Origin: an uncultured Methanosarcinales archaeon
GTDB lineage: Archaea; Nanobdellota; Nanobdellia; Woesearchaeales; GW2011-AR9
NCBI GenBank assembly: GCA_964510085.1
Contig: CAZEAB010000001.1
Location: 5,753 to 69,752 of the forward strand
Direction: 5' to 3'
Length of the DNA: 64,000 bases
The translations under genes and the position numbers were made by a program. The notes beneath the pieces were generated by a model. The model worked only from the letters and a program-made list of their open reading frames with translations. It made no database searches and had not been told where the DNA came from. Positions 1 through 8,788 of the stretch are shown here, one piece after another (the stretch's first letter is position 1; every line of letters begins with the position of its first letter).

Positions 1-1
1 T

Positions 2-2425
2 GTATCGTTTTCATCCATCATAGGAAAAGAATCAAAGAGTGATGATAAAACAATCATTTCAACAAAAGCTAACACTCTTAAAACATTACAACCTCTTTTA
101 CACAAATCCAAAATTGAAACACCTTTCATTATTTCAACAAGTGAATGGAAAACACAAAAAGAATTGGTTATTGATAAAATTCATAAACAATTCGTAAGTC
201 AAAAGATTGTTGTACGGAGTTCTGCGGTTTCAGAAGATACAGAGAATTGCTCAATGGCAGGATATTTTGAAAGTGTTTTAAATATTGATTCTTCATCAAA
301 AGAAGAAATTGAAAAAAGTATTACTACTGTGTTTAATTCTTATAAAGAAAAAAATGCAAATAGCTCATTTAATCAAGTTCTTATTCAGAAACAAACAACC
401 AATTCTGTAATAAGTGGAGTTGTTTTTACAAGAACTCTAGAAAAAAATGCACCTTATTATGTTATTAATTATGATGATTCTACCGGAAGTACGGATTCCG
501 TAACTTCTGGGAAAGAGAATAAATCAATGATGATATTACATAATGCTTCAACAATTCCGGATTCGATGAAACCTCTTATTGAGTCAATAAAAGAAATTGA
601 AGATTTAATCCCATTCATGCCGTTAGATATTGAATTCTCAATTAATAGTGAGGGTGTTGTAACCATCTTTCAAGTAAGACCTCTTGCAACAAATAAAGGA
701 ATTGAGATTAAAGATGAAGAATTTTATGATTTAACAAAAGGGATTAATAGTAAAGTGAGAGACTTAATGCAACCTGTTTCACATTTACAAGGCCAGAGTA
801 ATATTCTTGCCGACATGCCTGATTGGAACCCGGCTGAGATTATTGGTGATAAACCAAACCTTTTAGATTATTCTTTATATGACTACATTATAACAAACAC
901 GGCTTGGCATGAGGCGCGAACGTCTCAAGGATATTATAATGTGGCTCCAGCAAAATTAGTTGAGAGAATTGGCAATAAACCGTTTGTAAATGTAAGAAAC
1001 ACATTCAATTCTTTTATTATTTCTTCTATTCCACAGGAGTTACATACAAAATTGGTTGAGTTTTCAATTAATAAGTTAAAGAATAACCCTCATCTTCAAG
1101 ATAAAGTTGAGTTTGAAATTCTATTTACTTGTTATGATCTTACTTTCAATCAACGAGCTGACGAATTACGAAAAAATGAGTTTTCTGAAGAAGAAATCTC
1201 TATTTTAAGAGAAAAACTTCATGAATTTACCAACAATACTATTCAAAAAAGTTCATCTTCTATTGTAAGAGACTTAAATGAAATTAAGAGTTTGGAAGAA
1301 ATAAGAATTTCTATAAATAATACAAATCTAAACACAATTGAAGAGAAAATACGTGCTGTTCAAACACTCCTTGACTCTTGCAAAGAAAAGGGAACAGTCC
1401 AATTTTCAAGGCTAGCTAGGTTAGGATTTATTGCTAAAACCCTTCTTCGAGGATTTGTTCATCAGAAGGTTATTTCTTCTGAAGAGTTTAATGTCATTTA
1501 TAATTCAATTAATACCGTTGCAACAGAAATAAGTGAAGATTTCAAGAAAATTGGAAGACAAGAAATTTCAAAAGATATGTTCCTTAAAAAATATGGGCAT
1601 CTCAGACCAGGAACGTATAATATAACCTCCCCGCGATATGATAAAAATCCAAATTTGTTAGCACAAAGTCAATGGGTGGGTGATAGAAGTAATAACAATC
1701 AACCAATACTTACTACGTTTGAAGAAAAGTTTGATAGAATCTTGAAAGAAGAGAAGTTTGCAATTTCCGGAAAGGAATTTATTGAATTTGTTCAGAAAGC
1801 AACAGAAGCAAGAGAGAAAGCAAAATTTGAGTTCACAAAAAACCTTAGTGATGCTTTAGAGCTACTTGCAGATGCAGGACATTCATTAGGATTTACAAGA
1901 GAAGAGATTTCTAAATTAGACATTAATGATATACTTGAATCGAAAGAAGTGTCTGCGGAGGAAATAATAACAAACTGGAAACAGTTAATTTCGGAAGAAG
2001 AGAAAAGACAAAAAATTGGTCATCTTATTGAACTTCCTTCTATCATCAAAGATGTTTCTTCATTAGAAACAATACAACATTACATTGCAAGACCAAATTA
2101 TATTACTCAGAAAAAGATTCATGGAAAAGCTATCAACATAACACAAATGGACAATAAGAACATTCCAGAAATTGAGGGGAACATAGTAGTGTTAGAGAAT
2201 GGAGATCCTGGATTTGATTGGATTTTTACTCGAAATCCGGCAGGGCTTATTACAAAATATGGGGGGATTGCATCACATATGTCTATTAGATGTGCAGAAT
2301 TTGGAATACCTGCAGCCATAGGTTGTGGGGAAACAATATTTAGCAAAATCAAAGATGCAGAAAAAATTTTATTAGATTGTAGTGAAAGGAAAATTATGAG
2401 AGATGAAAACATAAAATGTTTGTAG
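2..2425 (+). CDS. PEP-utilising / pyruvate-phosphate-dikinase-like phosphotransferase (candidate L-glutamine kinase, Cj1418-like); 5' end probably outside the window
   Basis: The frame is open from base 2, with no stop and no ATG before the TTG at 164. The upstream residues (..TKANTLKTLQPLL..) already resemble the start of a PPDK_N ATP-grasp domain. 'VVRSSAVSEDTENCSMAGYFES' nucleotide-binding motif; C-terminal swivelling phosphohistidine motif 'GGIASHMSIRCAEFGIPAAIGCG'. Confidence 0.8.
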   Translation, partial: VSFSSIIGKESKSDDKTIISTKANTLKTLQPLLHKSKIETPFIISTSEWKTQKELVIDKIHKQFVSQKIVVRSSAVSEDTENCSMAGYFESVLNIDSSSKEEIEKSITTVFNSYKEKNANSSFNQVLIQKQTTNSVISGVVFTRTLEKNAPYYVINYDDSTGSTDSVTSGKENKSMMILHNASTIPDSMKPLIESIKEIEDLIPFMPLDIEFSINSEGVVTIFQVRPLATNKGIEIKDEEFYDLTKGINSKVRDLMQPVSHLQGQSNILADMPDWNPAEIIGDKPNLLDYSLYDYIITNTAWHEARTSQGYYNVAPAKLVERIGNKPFVNVRNTFNSFIISSIPQELHTKLVEFSINKLKNNPHLQDKVEFEILFTCYDLTFNQRADELRKNEFSEEEISILREKLHEFTNNTIQKSSSSIVRDLNEIKSLEEIRISINNTNLNTIEEKIRAVQTLLDSCKEKGTVQFSRLARLGFIAKTLLRGFVHQKVISSEEFNVIYNSINTVATEISEDFKKIGRQEISKDMFLKKYGHLRPGTYNITSPRYDKNPNLLAQSQWVGDRSNNNQPILTTFEEKFDRILKEEKFAISGKEFIEFVQKATEAREKAKFEFTKNLSDALELLADAGHSLGFTREEISKLDINDILESKEVSAEEIITNWKQLISEEEKRQKIGHLIELPSIIKDVSSLETIQHYIARPNYITQKKIHGKAINITQMDNKNIPEIEGNIVVLENGDPGFDWIFTRNPAGLITKYGGIASHMSIRCAEFGIPAAIGCGETIFSKIKDAEKILLDCSERKIMRDENIKCL

Positions 2426-3075
2426 CAATCTCCTTACGGCAAGAAAAGAATAAACATGGCAATTCCGTAGATGTGCTTGAATCAGCCTACACCACATTCT
2501 TCAATAATATGGGGATTACATTAATTCCAATCCCTAACGATACTCAAAATGTGAAAAAACTTTTAGAATCAATTCCTATTAAGGGCATTATTCTTTCTGG
2601 TGGGAACGATATTAACCCGACATCCTTTGGAGAAGAAGTTCAAGAAGGTCTTTCGCTTTCACTGAGAAGAGATCTAGTTGAAACAGAATTATTAAACATT
2701 GCAATTGAAAAAAAGTTGCCGGTTCTTGGAATCTGTCGAGGTATGCAATTTATTAATACGTTTTTTGGAGGAAAAGTAACCGATTTGCGAAAAAGGTATT
2801 CCCACTTGCCTAGTAAAAATCATCAAATTACAATAACAGCAAAGCAAGACCTTTTTGGAACAGAATCTTCAGTAAATTCTTATCATAACTGGGGAATTAC
2901 TCAGACTGAATTAGCAGAACCTCTCAAGATATTTGCAAAAAATGGAGAGATTATAGAGGGAATTTATCATCCTACTCTCCCGATTATAGGAATTCAATGG
3001 CATCCTGAACGTACTAGCCCAGATGAAGAATTAAATAAGAAAATAATAAAGTTTATTGTCGAGCATAATGCTTAA
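2416..3075 (+). CDS. Peptidase C26 / class-I glutamine-amidotransferase-like gamma-glutamyl hydrolase (Cj1417-like candidate)
   Basis: Nucleophile-elbow motif 'GICRGMQFIN' and 'IQWHPE' His/Glu motif. The start overlaps the preceding stop by 10 nt. Confidence 0.8.
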   Translation: MFVAISLRQEKNKHGNSVDVLESAYTTFFNNMGITLIPIPNDTQNVKKLLESIPIKGIILSGGNDINPTSFGEEVQEGLSLSLRRDLVETELLNIAIEKKLPVLGICRGMQFINTFFGGKVTDLRKRYSHLPSKNHQITITAKQDLFGTESSVNSYHNWGITQTELAEPLKIFAKNGEIIEGIYHPTLPIIGIQWHPERTSPDEELNKKIIKFIVEHNA

Positions 3076-3922
3076 GTGTGTCCATATTAAGATCCATTTG
3101 AGTTAAGTCTAATGAACCATTATCTTGCCTTGAGAACACTGCAGATTTGATTTTTTCATTATCTGTGTAAACATGCAACATTACACCACCGCCCATCCCA
3201 TAAGCACCACCTGCATTCTCAAAAAGCTCATTGGCATCTTTGCCTAAACCTTTTGCTAAAATAGCTGTAATTATCTCTAAATTTGGTTGATGTGTCGCTG
3301 AAAGAACAACATCATATTGTAATAAAGCTGGAATCAATTGTTGTAATGCTCTGTCTGCAACTGTTTTAGGATGTTCAGATCTTGAATCTCCTTCAAAACC
3401 TTTTTGGACCATCCACCTATAACCTGGAAAATCAGGATTAACTGTCTTAGAATATGCTTGCCCAACTAATTCATTAGCCCCATCTGGTTCTCCTTGTGAA
3501 TTAAGATATATAGTTTCAGCTAAACCACTAGCATGCTCAAAATCTGTGATAGCATGTAGACCATCTTCTGATAAGATTCTCTTTCCATCATGTGTAAGGT
3601 TATCTAAATCTACTCCTAAAACTGTCCTAGCATGTTCTCTCGCCATCCCTAAAAACATGTGTCGTGCAGTTTCATCTGCTCTTGCTAAAGGTGATGGGGC
3701 AATTAAAACTGAAGAAACACTATCAGGTAGATATAATTCTGAACCCATTTGTTCTGCCTTAGCATATTCACTTGCAACAAGATGAGCCTTCTTATCTGGG
3801 TGAACTCCATTTCCTAAAAAAGCACGTTCACCTTCTCCACCTAAAACTGCTGTAAATGGACCAACTAATAAAGAATCTCTTGCTGCTAAATGTCTTCTTA
3901 AATGTAATACGTGTTCTCTCAT
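3053..3922 (-). CDS. Histidine-phosphatase (phosphoglycerate-mutase-like) superfamily protein
   Basis: N-terminal 'LRRH', 'SPLARADETA' (SPLxRAxxTA-like) and 'SATHQPNLE' second-His motif. Amino-acid composition (G/A/H/L-rich, few K/N/I) differs from neighbouring genes. Confidence 0.55.
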   Translation of the reverse strand: MREHVLHLRRHLAARDSLLVGPFTAVLGGEGERAFLGNGVHPDKKAHLVASEYAKAEQMGSELYLPDSVSSVLIAPSPLARADETARHMFLGMAREHARTVLGVDLDNLTHDGKRILSEDGLHAITDFEHASGLAETIYLNSQGEPDGANELVGQAYSKTVNPDFPGYRWMVQKGFEGDSRSEHPKTVADRALQQLIPALLQYDVVLSATHQPNLEIITAILAKGLGKDANELFENAGGAYGMGGGVMLHVYTDNEKIKSAVFSRQDNGSLDLTQMDLNMDTLKHYARQ

Positions 3923-4005
3923 ATTACCTTATTTCGTAACTTTCTTTAAAAAGACTTCTGCTATTTTCATAAACAATTTAAACTCAAGTTTAAATCAAAC
4001 AACCC

Positions 4006-4791
4006 ATGAAAGCAATAATCCTTGCAGCAGGCATGGGAACTCGATTAGGGAAATACACTGAAAATCTTCCTAAATGTATGCTAAATTTTGCTGGAAAAAC
4101 TATTCTTGAAAGACAAGTGGAAACTCTTAGAAATGCTGGTATTACAGATATCACAATTGTAAAAGGATATATGCCAGAGGAAATAAATATTTTCGGAACA
4201 AAAACGTACATTAACAATGATTACAAGAATACAAACATGGTAGAAACACTTTTTTGTGCTGAGGAAGAGATGAATGAAGATATTCTTGTATGTTATGCCG
4301 ATATTATTTACGAACCAAAAGTGTTACAAAAAGTAATAGAAAGTACTGCAAAAGTTGGAGTTGTGGTTGACACAGATTATTGGGATTATTGGAGCGCAAG
4401 AGCTGACAATCCTGAAGAAGATATGGAGAGTCTTGTTATAGAAAACAACAAGATTATTGATCTTGGTAACACTACATGTTCAAAAGAAGAAGCAGAAGTG
4501 AGATATGTTGGATTAATTAAATTCTCTAAAGAGGGAATAGATGTATTAAAACGAGTATATCATGAGAATAAAGTAAGACATTTTCATGTAAATGAACCTT
4601 GGTTACGTTCAAAATCATTTAAGAAAGCATATATGACTTGTATGATACAAGCAATAATTAATTCTGGACAAGATGTAACACCAATCACTACTCAAAGAGG
4701 TTGGTTAGAGTTTGATACTGTTGAAGATTACGAAAGATATTCTTCTTGGAAAGAACAGAATACCTTAAATCGTTTTATTGGTGGTATTTAA
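4006..4791 (+). CDS. Nucleotidyltransferase (LicC / cytidylyltransferase-like; Cj1416-like candidate)
   Basis: N-terminal 'MKAIILAAGMGTRLG' NTP-transferase signature; about 260 aa, single domain. Confidence 0.8.
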   Translation: MKAIILAAGMGTRLGKYTENLPKCMLNFAGKTILERQVETLRNAGITDITIVKGYMPEEINIFGTKTYINNDYKNTNMVETLFCAEEEMNEDILVCYADIIYEPKVLQKVIESTAKVGVVVDTDYWDYWSARADNPEEDMESLVIENNKIIDLGNTTCSKEEAEVRYVGLIKFSKEGIDVLKRVYHENKVRHFHVNEPWLRSKSFKKAYMTCMIQAIINSGQDVTPITTQRGWLEFDTVEDYERYSSWKEQNTLNRFIGGI

Positions 4792-4877
4792 ACTTCTTTT
4801 TCACAACGTTTTTAAACGTTTTAAATCAAAAAATGAAATATTGTAATTGAAAAAATAACAGAGGAGTTATAAAAAAA

Positions 4878-7124
4878 GTGGCGAAAAAAACTGAAATAAT
4901 TGTTACTCTTGGTCCATCAACTAATAAGGAAGAAGATCTTCGAAAATTAAAGGATAAAGGAGTAAATTTTGTAAGAGTCAATATGTCTCATTCTTCTTTA
5001 GAAGATATGGAGTATTTTATGAAATTAGCTAAAAAGGTAGGTATACCTTTTGTAGTTGATTCACAAGGATCACAAGTAAGAACAGGAGATTTAAAAGAAA
5101 ATCAAATTAAACTTCAAGAAAATGATGTTGTTAAGATATATACAACTGAAATTGTTGGAGATAAAGAAGGAATGTGTCTCAAACCTGTTTCAGTAGTTCC
5201 CCAATTAGAAATTGGAGACTTAATTCATATTGATTTTGATTCAGTCACATTAAGAATTTCTGATATTTCAACAATTAATGAAGGTTATATTATAGCAAGA
5301 ACTATTACTGGTGGAACTTTAGGGAAAAACAAAGCAATTATCGTTGATACCTCTTCTCAGAAACCAATTGTGTTACCAACATTGTCAGAGAAGGATTATG
5401 GTGCAATCCAACTTGGTTTGAAGTATGGTGTAGGACACATTGCAGCATCTTTTATGAGATCAGGGAAAGCTGTTGATGAAGTCAGAAACGCAACTCAGAA
5501 TACTATGAAGATTATTTCTAAAGTAGAATGCATAGATGGACTAGAAAATCTTAATGAAATAATTGATAGATCTGATTATTTACTTATTGATAGAGGTGAT
5601 TTAAGTAAAGAGATTCCTATTGAAAAAATTCCTTTTACTCAAAAAATTATTCTTAACAGAGCTAGAAAAAAAAATACTGGGGTATTTGTTGCTACAAATT
5701 TGTTAGAATCTATGACAAATAATAGAATGCCTACTAGAGCTGAAGTTCATGATGTCATTAATACAATTATTGATGGTGCTACTGGATTGGCCTTAGCTGG
5801 AGAAACAGCTATAGGAAAATATCCTTTATCTTGTGTAAATATGATTAACAAATTAATAAAACATGCACAACTAGCTATTGATGTTGATGAAATAAGAGAG
5901 AAAGAAGATGCATTTGTAAATAAATTGGAAGAGAATAATTATCTCTTAGATTTTAATATGTCTTCTTCGTTAATCCCACCTCATGGAGGTAAATTAGTAA
6001 GTCGGGTTGCGAAGAAAGAATATGACACCTCAAACATGCCTACAGTTGTTTTAGATGACAACAGACAGAGAGATGTTGAACAGATTGGTATTGGAACCTA
6101 TAGTCCTATTGAAGGTTTCATGAATAAAAATGCATTTCAATCTGTTGTAAATGACATGCGATTACCAAATGGATTGCCTTGGCCTTTACCGATATATTTA
6201 GACGTGCCTGAGAACAAAGCAGATGAATTATCAATTGGACAGGATGTTGCTTTGTTAGATCATTCTGGTAACACTATGGCTATACTTCATTTAAGTGAAA
6301 AATACACCATAGATAAAGAAGATACATACAACAAAATGTATGGGACTAATGACTCTTCGCACCCAGGTGTAAGGAATATTATGAACATACATCCGATTAT
6401 TCTTGGAGGAAAAGTAACTCTTCTTCAAAGAAAAAAGAATGAAAACAAAGAATATGAAATAACACCAAAACAATCAAGAAGATTATTTGAAGAGAGGGGT
6501 TGGTCAAAAGTTGTTGGTTTCCACACTCGAAATGTCATTCATAAAGGGCATGAATTTATTCAAATAAATGCAATGGAAGAGAACAATTGTGATGGGTTAT
6601 TTGTACATCCTGTTGTTGGGAAGAAGAAAACGGGAGATTTTAATGCAAAATATATCATCAAATCTTATGAATTGATGAATAAAAATCATTACCCTAAAAA
6701 TAGAGTTCTATTTGGAACGTTCTCTACATATTCTCGTTATGCAGGTCCAAGAGAAGCTCTTTTCACAGCACTTTGTCGTAAGAATTTTGGGTGTAGCCAT
6801 TTTATCGTTGGAAGAGACCACACGGGCGTAGGTAGTTTTTACCATCCAAAAGCATCACACAATATCTTTGATAGATTTCCAGATTTAGGAATTACTCCAG
6901 TTAAATTTGACAATGTATTTTATTCTGAGAAATCACAATCACATGTGCATGAAATGGATGACGACACTCATGAAGAAACAGAGAAATTACATGTAAGTGG
7001 AACTCAAGCTAGGAAAATGTTTGAATCTGGAGAAAAACCCCCTGAATGGTTCATGAGACCGGAGATTTCTGAGATGATAGTGGGTTATGTTAATAAAGGC
7101 GAAGAGGTCTTTGTAAAAGAATGA
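4878..7124 (+). CDS. Fusion protein: pyruvate-kinase barrel domain (N) + sulfate adenylyltransferase / ATP sulfurylase (C)
   Basis: N-terminal half has PK motifs: 'IVTLGPS', 'VRVNMSHSS', 'SQGSQVRTG', 'ISKVECIDGLENL', 'IDRGDLSKEIP', 'MPTRAEVHDV', 'AGETAIGKYP'. C-terminal half has ATP-sulfurylase motifs: 'GFHTRNVIHKGHEF', 'YAGPREALFTALCRKNFGCSHFIVGRDHTGVG'. GTG start. Confidence 0.85.
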   Translation: MAKKTEIIVTLGPSTNKEEDLRKLKDKGVNFVRVNMSHSSLEDMEYFMKLAKKVGIPFVVDSQGSQVRTGDLKENQIKLQENDVVKIYTTEIVGDKEGMCLKPVSVVPQLEIGDLIHIDFDSVTLRISDISTINEGYIIARTITGGTLGKNKAIIVDTSSQKPIVLPTLSEKDYGAIQLGLKYGVGHIAASFMRSGKAVDEVRNATQNTMKIISKVECIDGLENLNEIIDRSDYLLIDRGDLSKEIPIEKIPFTQKIILNRARKKNTGVFVATNLLESMTNNRMPTRAEVHDVINTIIDGATGLALAGETAIGKYPLSCVNMINKLIKHAQLAIDVDEIREKEDAFVNKLEENNYLLDFNMSSSLIPPHGGKLVSRVAKKEYDTSNMPTVVLDDNRQRDVEQIGIGTYSPIEGFMNKNAFQSVVNDMRLPNGLPWPLPIYLDVPENKADELSIGQDVALLDHSGNTMAILHLSEKYTIDKEDTYNKMYGTNDSSHPGVRNIMNIHPIILGGKVTLLQRKKNENKEYEITPKQSRRLFEERGWSKVVGFHTRNVIHKGHEFIQINAMEENNCDGLFVHPVVGKKKTGDFNAKYIIKSYELMNKNHYPKNRVLFGTFSTYSRYAGPREALFTALCRKNFGCSHFIVGRDHTGVGSFYHPKASHNIFDRFPDLGITPVKFDNVFYSEKSQSHVHEMDDDTHEETEKLHVSGTQARKMFESGEKPPEWFMRPEISEMIVGYVNKGEEVFVKE

Positions 7125-7639
7125 ATAATGGAAGAGTGTTGTGGTTTACCGGATTAAGTGGGTCTGGAAAGACCACTATCTCTTTAAAATTACGTGAAGA
7201 ACTTGAGAATAAAGGACATAGTGTTTCTATATTAGACGGAGACGTTCTTAGAGAAGAGTTTGAGGAAAAACTTGGTTTCTCTCGAGAAGACATTAAAAAA
7301 AATAATGAACGAATTTCTCAACTTGCTCGTAAACATGCAGAATCACATGATATAGTTCTTGTTCCAATTATTTCTCCGTATCAAGAAGATAGAAAGAATG
7401 CTAGAGATGTTATTGGTTCAAATTTTATGGAAGTGTTCATTAATTCATCACTTAACGAATGCATTAAAAGAGATGTTAAAGGACTTTACAAAAAAGCGTT
7501 AGGTGGGGAGATAGATAATTTTATTGGAATTGCTGAATCTAATCCCTACGAAATACCGCTTAATCCTGAAATTGAAGTGACAACAGAAGGAAAAGAAGTT
7601 GAAGAAAGTGTTCAAGATATACTAAAAAGATTATCTTAG
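7121..7639 (+). CDS. cysC: Adenylylsulfate (APS) kinase family protein
   Basis: P-loop 'WFTGLSGSGKTTIS', 'LDGD' and 'ISPY' motifs; 4-nt ATGA overlap with the sulfurylase fusion. The family also includes the cytidine diphosphoramidate kinase Cj1415. Confidence 0.85.
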   Translation: MNNGRVLWFTGLSGSGKTTISLKLREELENKGHSVSILDGDVLREEFEEKLGFSREDIKKNNERISQLARKHAESHDIVLVPIISPYQEDRKNARDVIGSNFMEVFINSSLNECIKRDVKGLYKKALGGEIDNFIGIAESNPYEIPLNPEIEVTTEGKEVEESVQDILKRLS

Positions 7640-7657
7640 GATAGCTATTAAGATAAA

Positions 7658-8565
7658 TTATTCTTTACGTGCAAGAATTACTGTGCTATTTCCAATTTTT
7701 CGAAGTAATCGCCCTTTGCCAGAATCAACCTTCTTTTGAAGATATCTATCTAAAGCATGAAAAAATGAATAAAATATCTTGCTTTTTTTACTTAAGTATC
7801 CTGCACCTTGTGCACTAATAACATTAAGATGTCTTCCTAGTAATGTGTTAAGCCTCTTATATGACCATGCATTTTTCTTTACAAAACCAACAGATTTGTG
7901 ATCTTTATAGTACTTATATTTTTTTGTGATGAATTTTGAAAAAGGACTTAATGAAAATGTTATAAGAAGTGCTGGTTGCAATAAAATTGTGTCTTGCCAT
8001 CTGAATTCATAACGTCGGTTTGAAAGAACATAATAAAGAGACCTAGCCAGCTTAAGTGGTCCATCTAAACTACTAATACCAAACATATTACGTTGACCAA
8101 GAATAAAATGGCCCTTTTTCTTAAGAACGCGAGTAGATTCTAAAACACAACGCCCTGGTTTTTCAAGATATTGCATGAAGCCAAGTCCAATTACACAATC
8201 AAAACTTTCGTCAGGAAATGGTAATTCTTCAACATTTCCTTCAACAAATTTATAGGTCCCTTCTGATTTGATTGAAGCACAGTTTATTCGAGCAATATCA
8301 AGAAGTTTTTGTGATACATCTATACCAACAACAGAATATCCTCTTTGTAAAATTTTTGCCGAAGTAACTCCTGCACCACAACCAAGGTCTAATATTTTTG
8401 CTCCTTTTGGTAATGAAAGGGAATCGAAATACTGAAGTAATTTATTTCACGAGCTCTTAATCTGTTTCCATTATAATTATCTTGCTGATAAAAGTAATCC
8501 CATTGATTCAAATTAATTTCATTGTTCCACTTGTAAACAGAACGATCTAATTGGTTATACCCCAT
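7658..8565 (-). pseudogene. Class-I SAM-dependent methyltransferase interrupted by a 1-nt frameshift near 8447
   Basis: My translation upstream of the listed ORF gives '..KLLQYFDSLSLPKGAKILDLGCGAGVTS..VEELPFPDESFDCVIGLGFMQYLEKPG..', in frame with ORF 7658..8176. That stretch has no ATG and is closed by a TGA at 8447-8449. The natural N-terminus 'MGYNQLDRSVYKWN..RAREI' (ATG at 8565) lies in another frame. Confidence 0.7.
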
Positions 8566-8636
8566 ATTGCATTTTATTAAGGGGTGATATTTAAAGGTTA
8601 TCGAATTAAAGGCTACGTCTGGAATAGAGCGTTTTG

Positions 8637-8707
8637 GTATACTAGCGCCCTGTCGTAGACGAGGCGGGTACTCTGTAAGGGTACGAATCCGCCGTGCTCT
8701 AGTATAC
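8637..8707. other. GC-rich 71-nt imperfect hairpin / multi-stem element in a divergent intergenic region
   Basis: GTATACTAG(8637-8645) pairs with CTAGTATAC(8699-8707). Inner GGCGG/CCGCC and GTAC/GTAC stems. Locally far more GC-rich than the surroundings. Confidence 0.4.
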
Positions 8708-8788
8708 AAATTAGTGTTATTCCGGATGAAGCCTGAATTGAAGATAAAGATACATAACATTTAAAAGAGAAAATGTTAAAGCAAACTG

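Noticed and set aside
164-2425. TTG at 164 as the true start of the PPDK-like gene
   Set aside because: The frame is open back to base 2, and the upstream residues already look like part of the PPDK_N domain. The gene most likely starts outside the window.
8637-8707. tRNA or split-tRNA interpretation of the 71-nt hairpin
   Set aside because: A 7-9 bp terminal stem and a tRNA-like length are present, but on neither strand can a D arm, T arm (GTTCRANYC) or 7-nt anticodon loop be placed.
8389-8760. 123-aa minus-strand ORF as an independent gene
   Set aside because: Its C-terminal part is the displaced N-terminus of the frameshifted methyltransferase. Its N-terminal part merely reads through the GC-rich hairpin and intergenic spacer.
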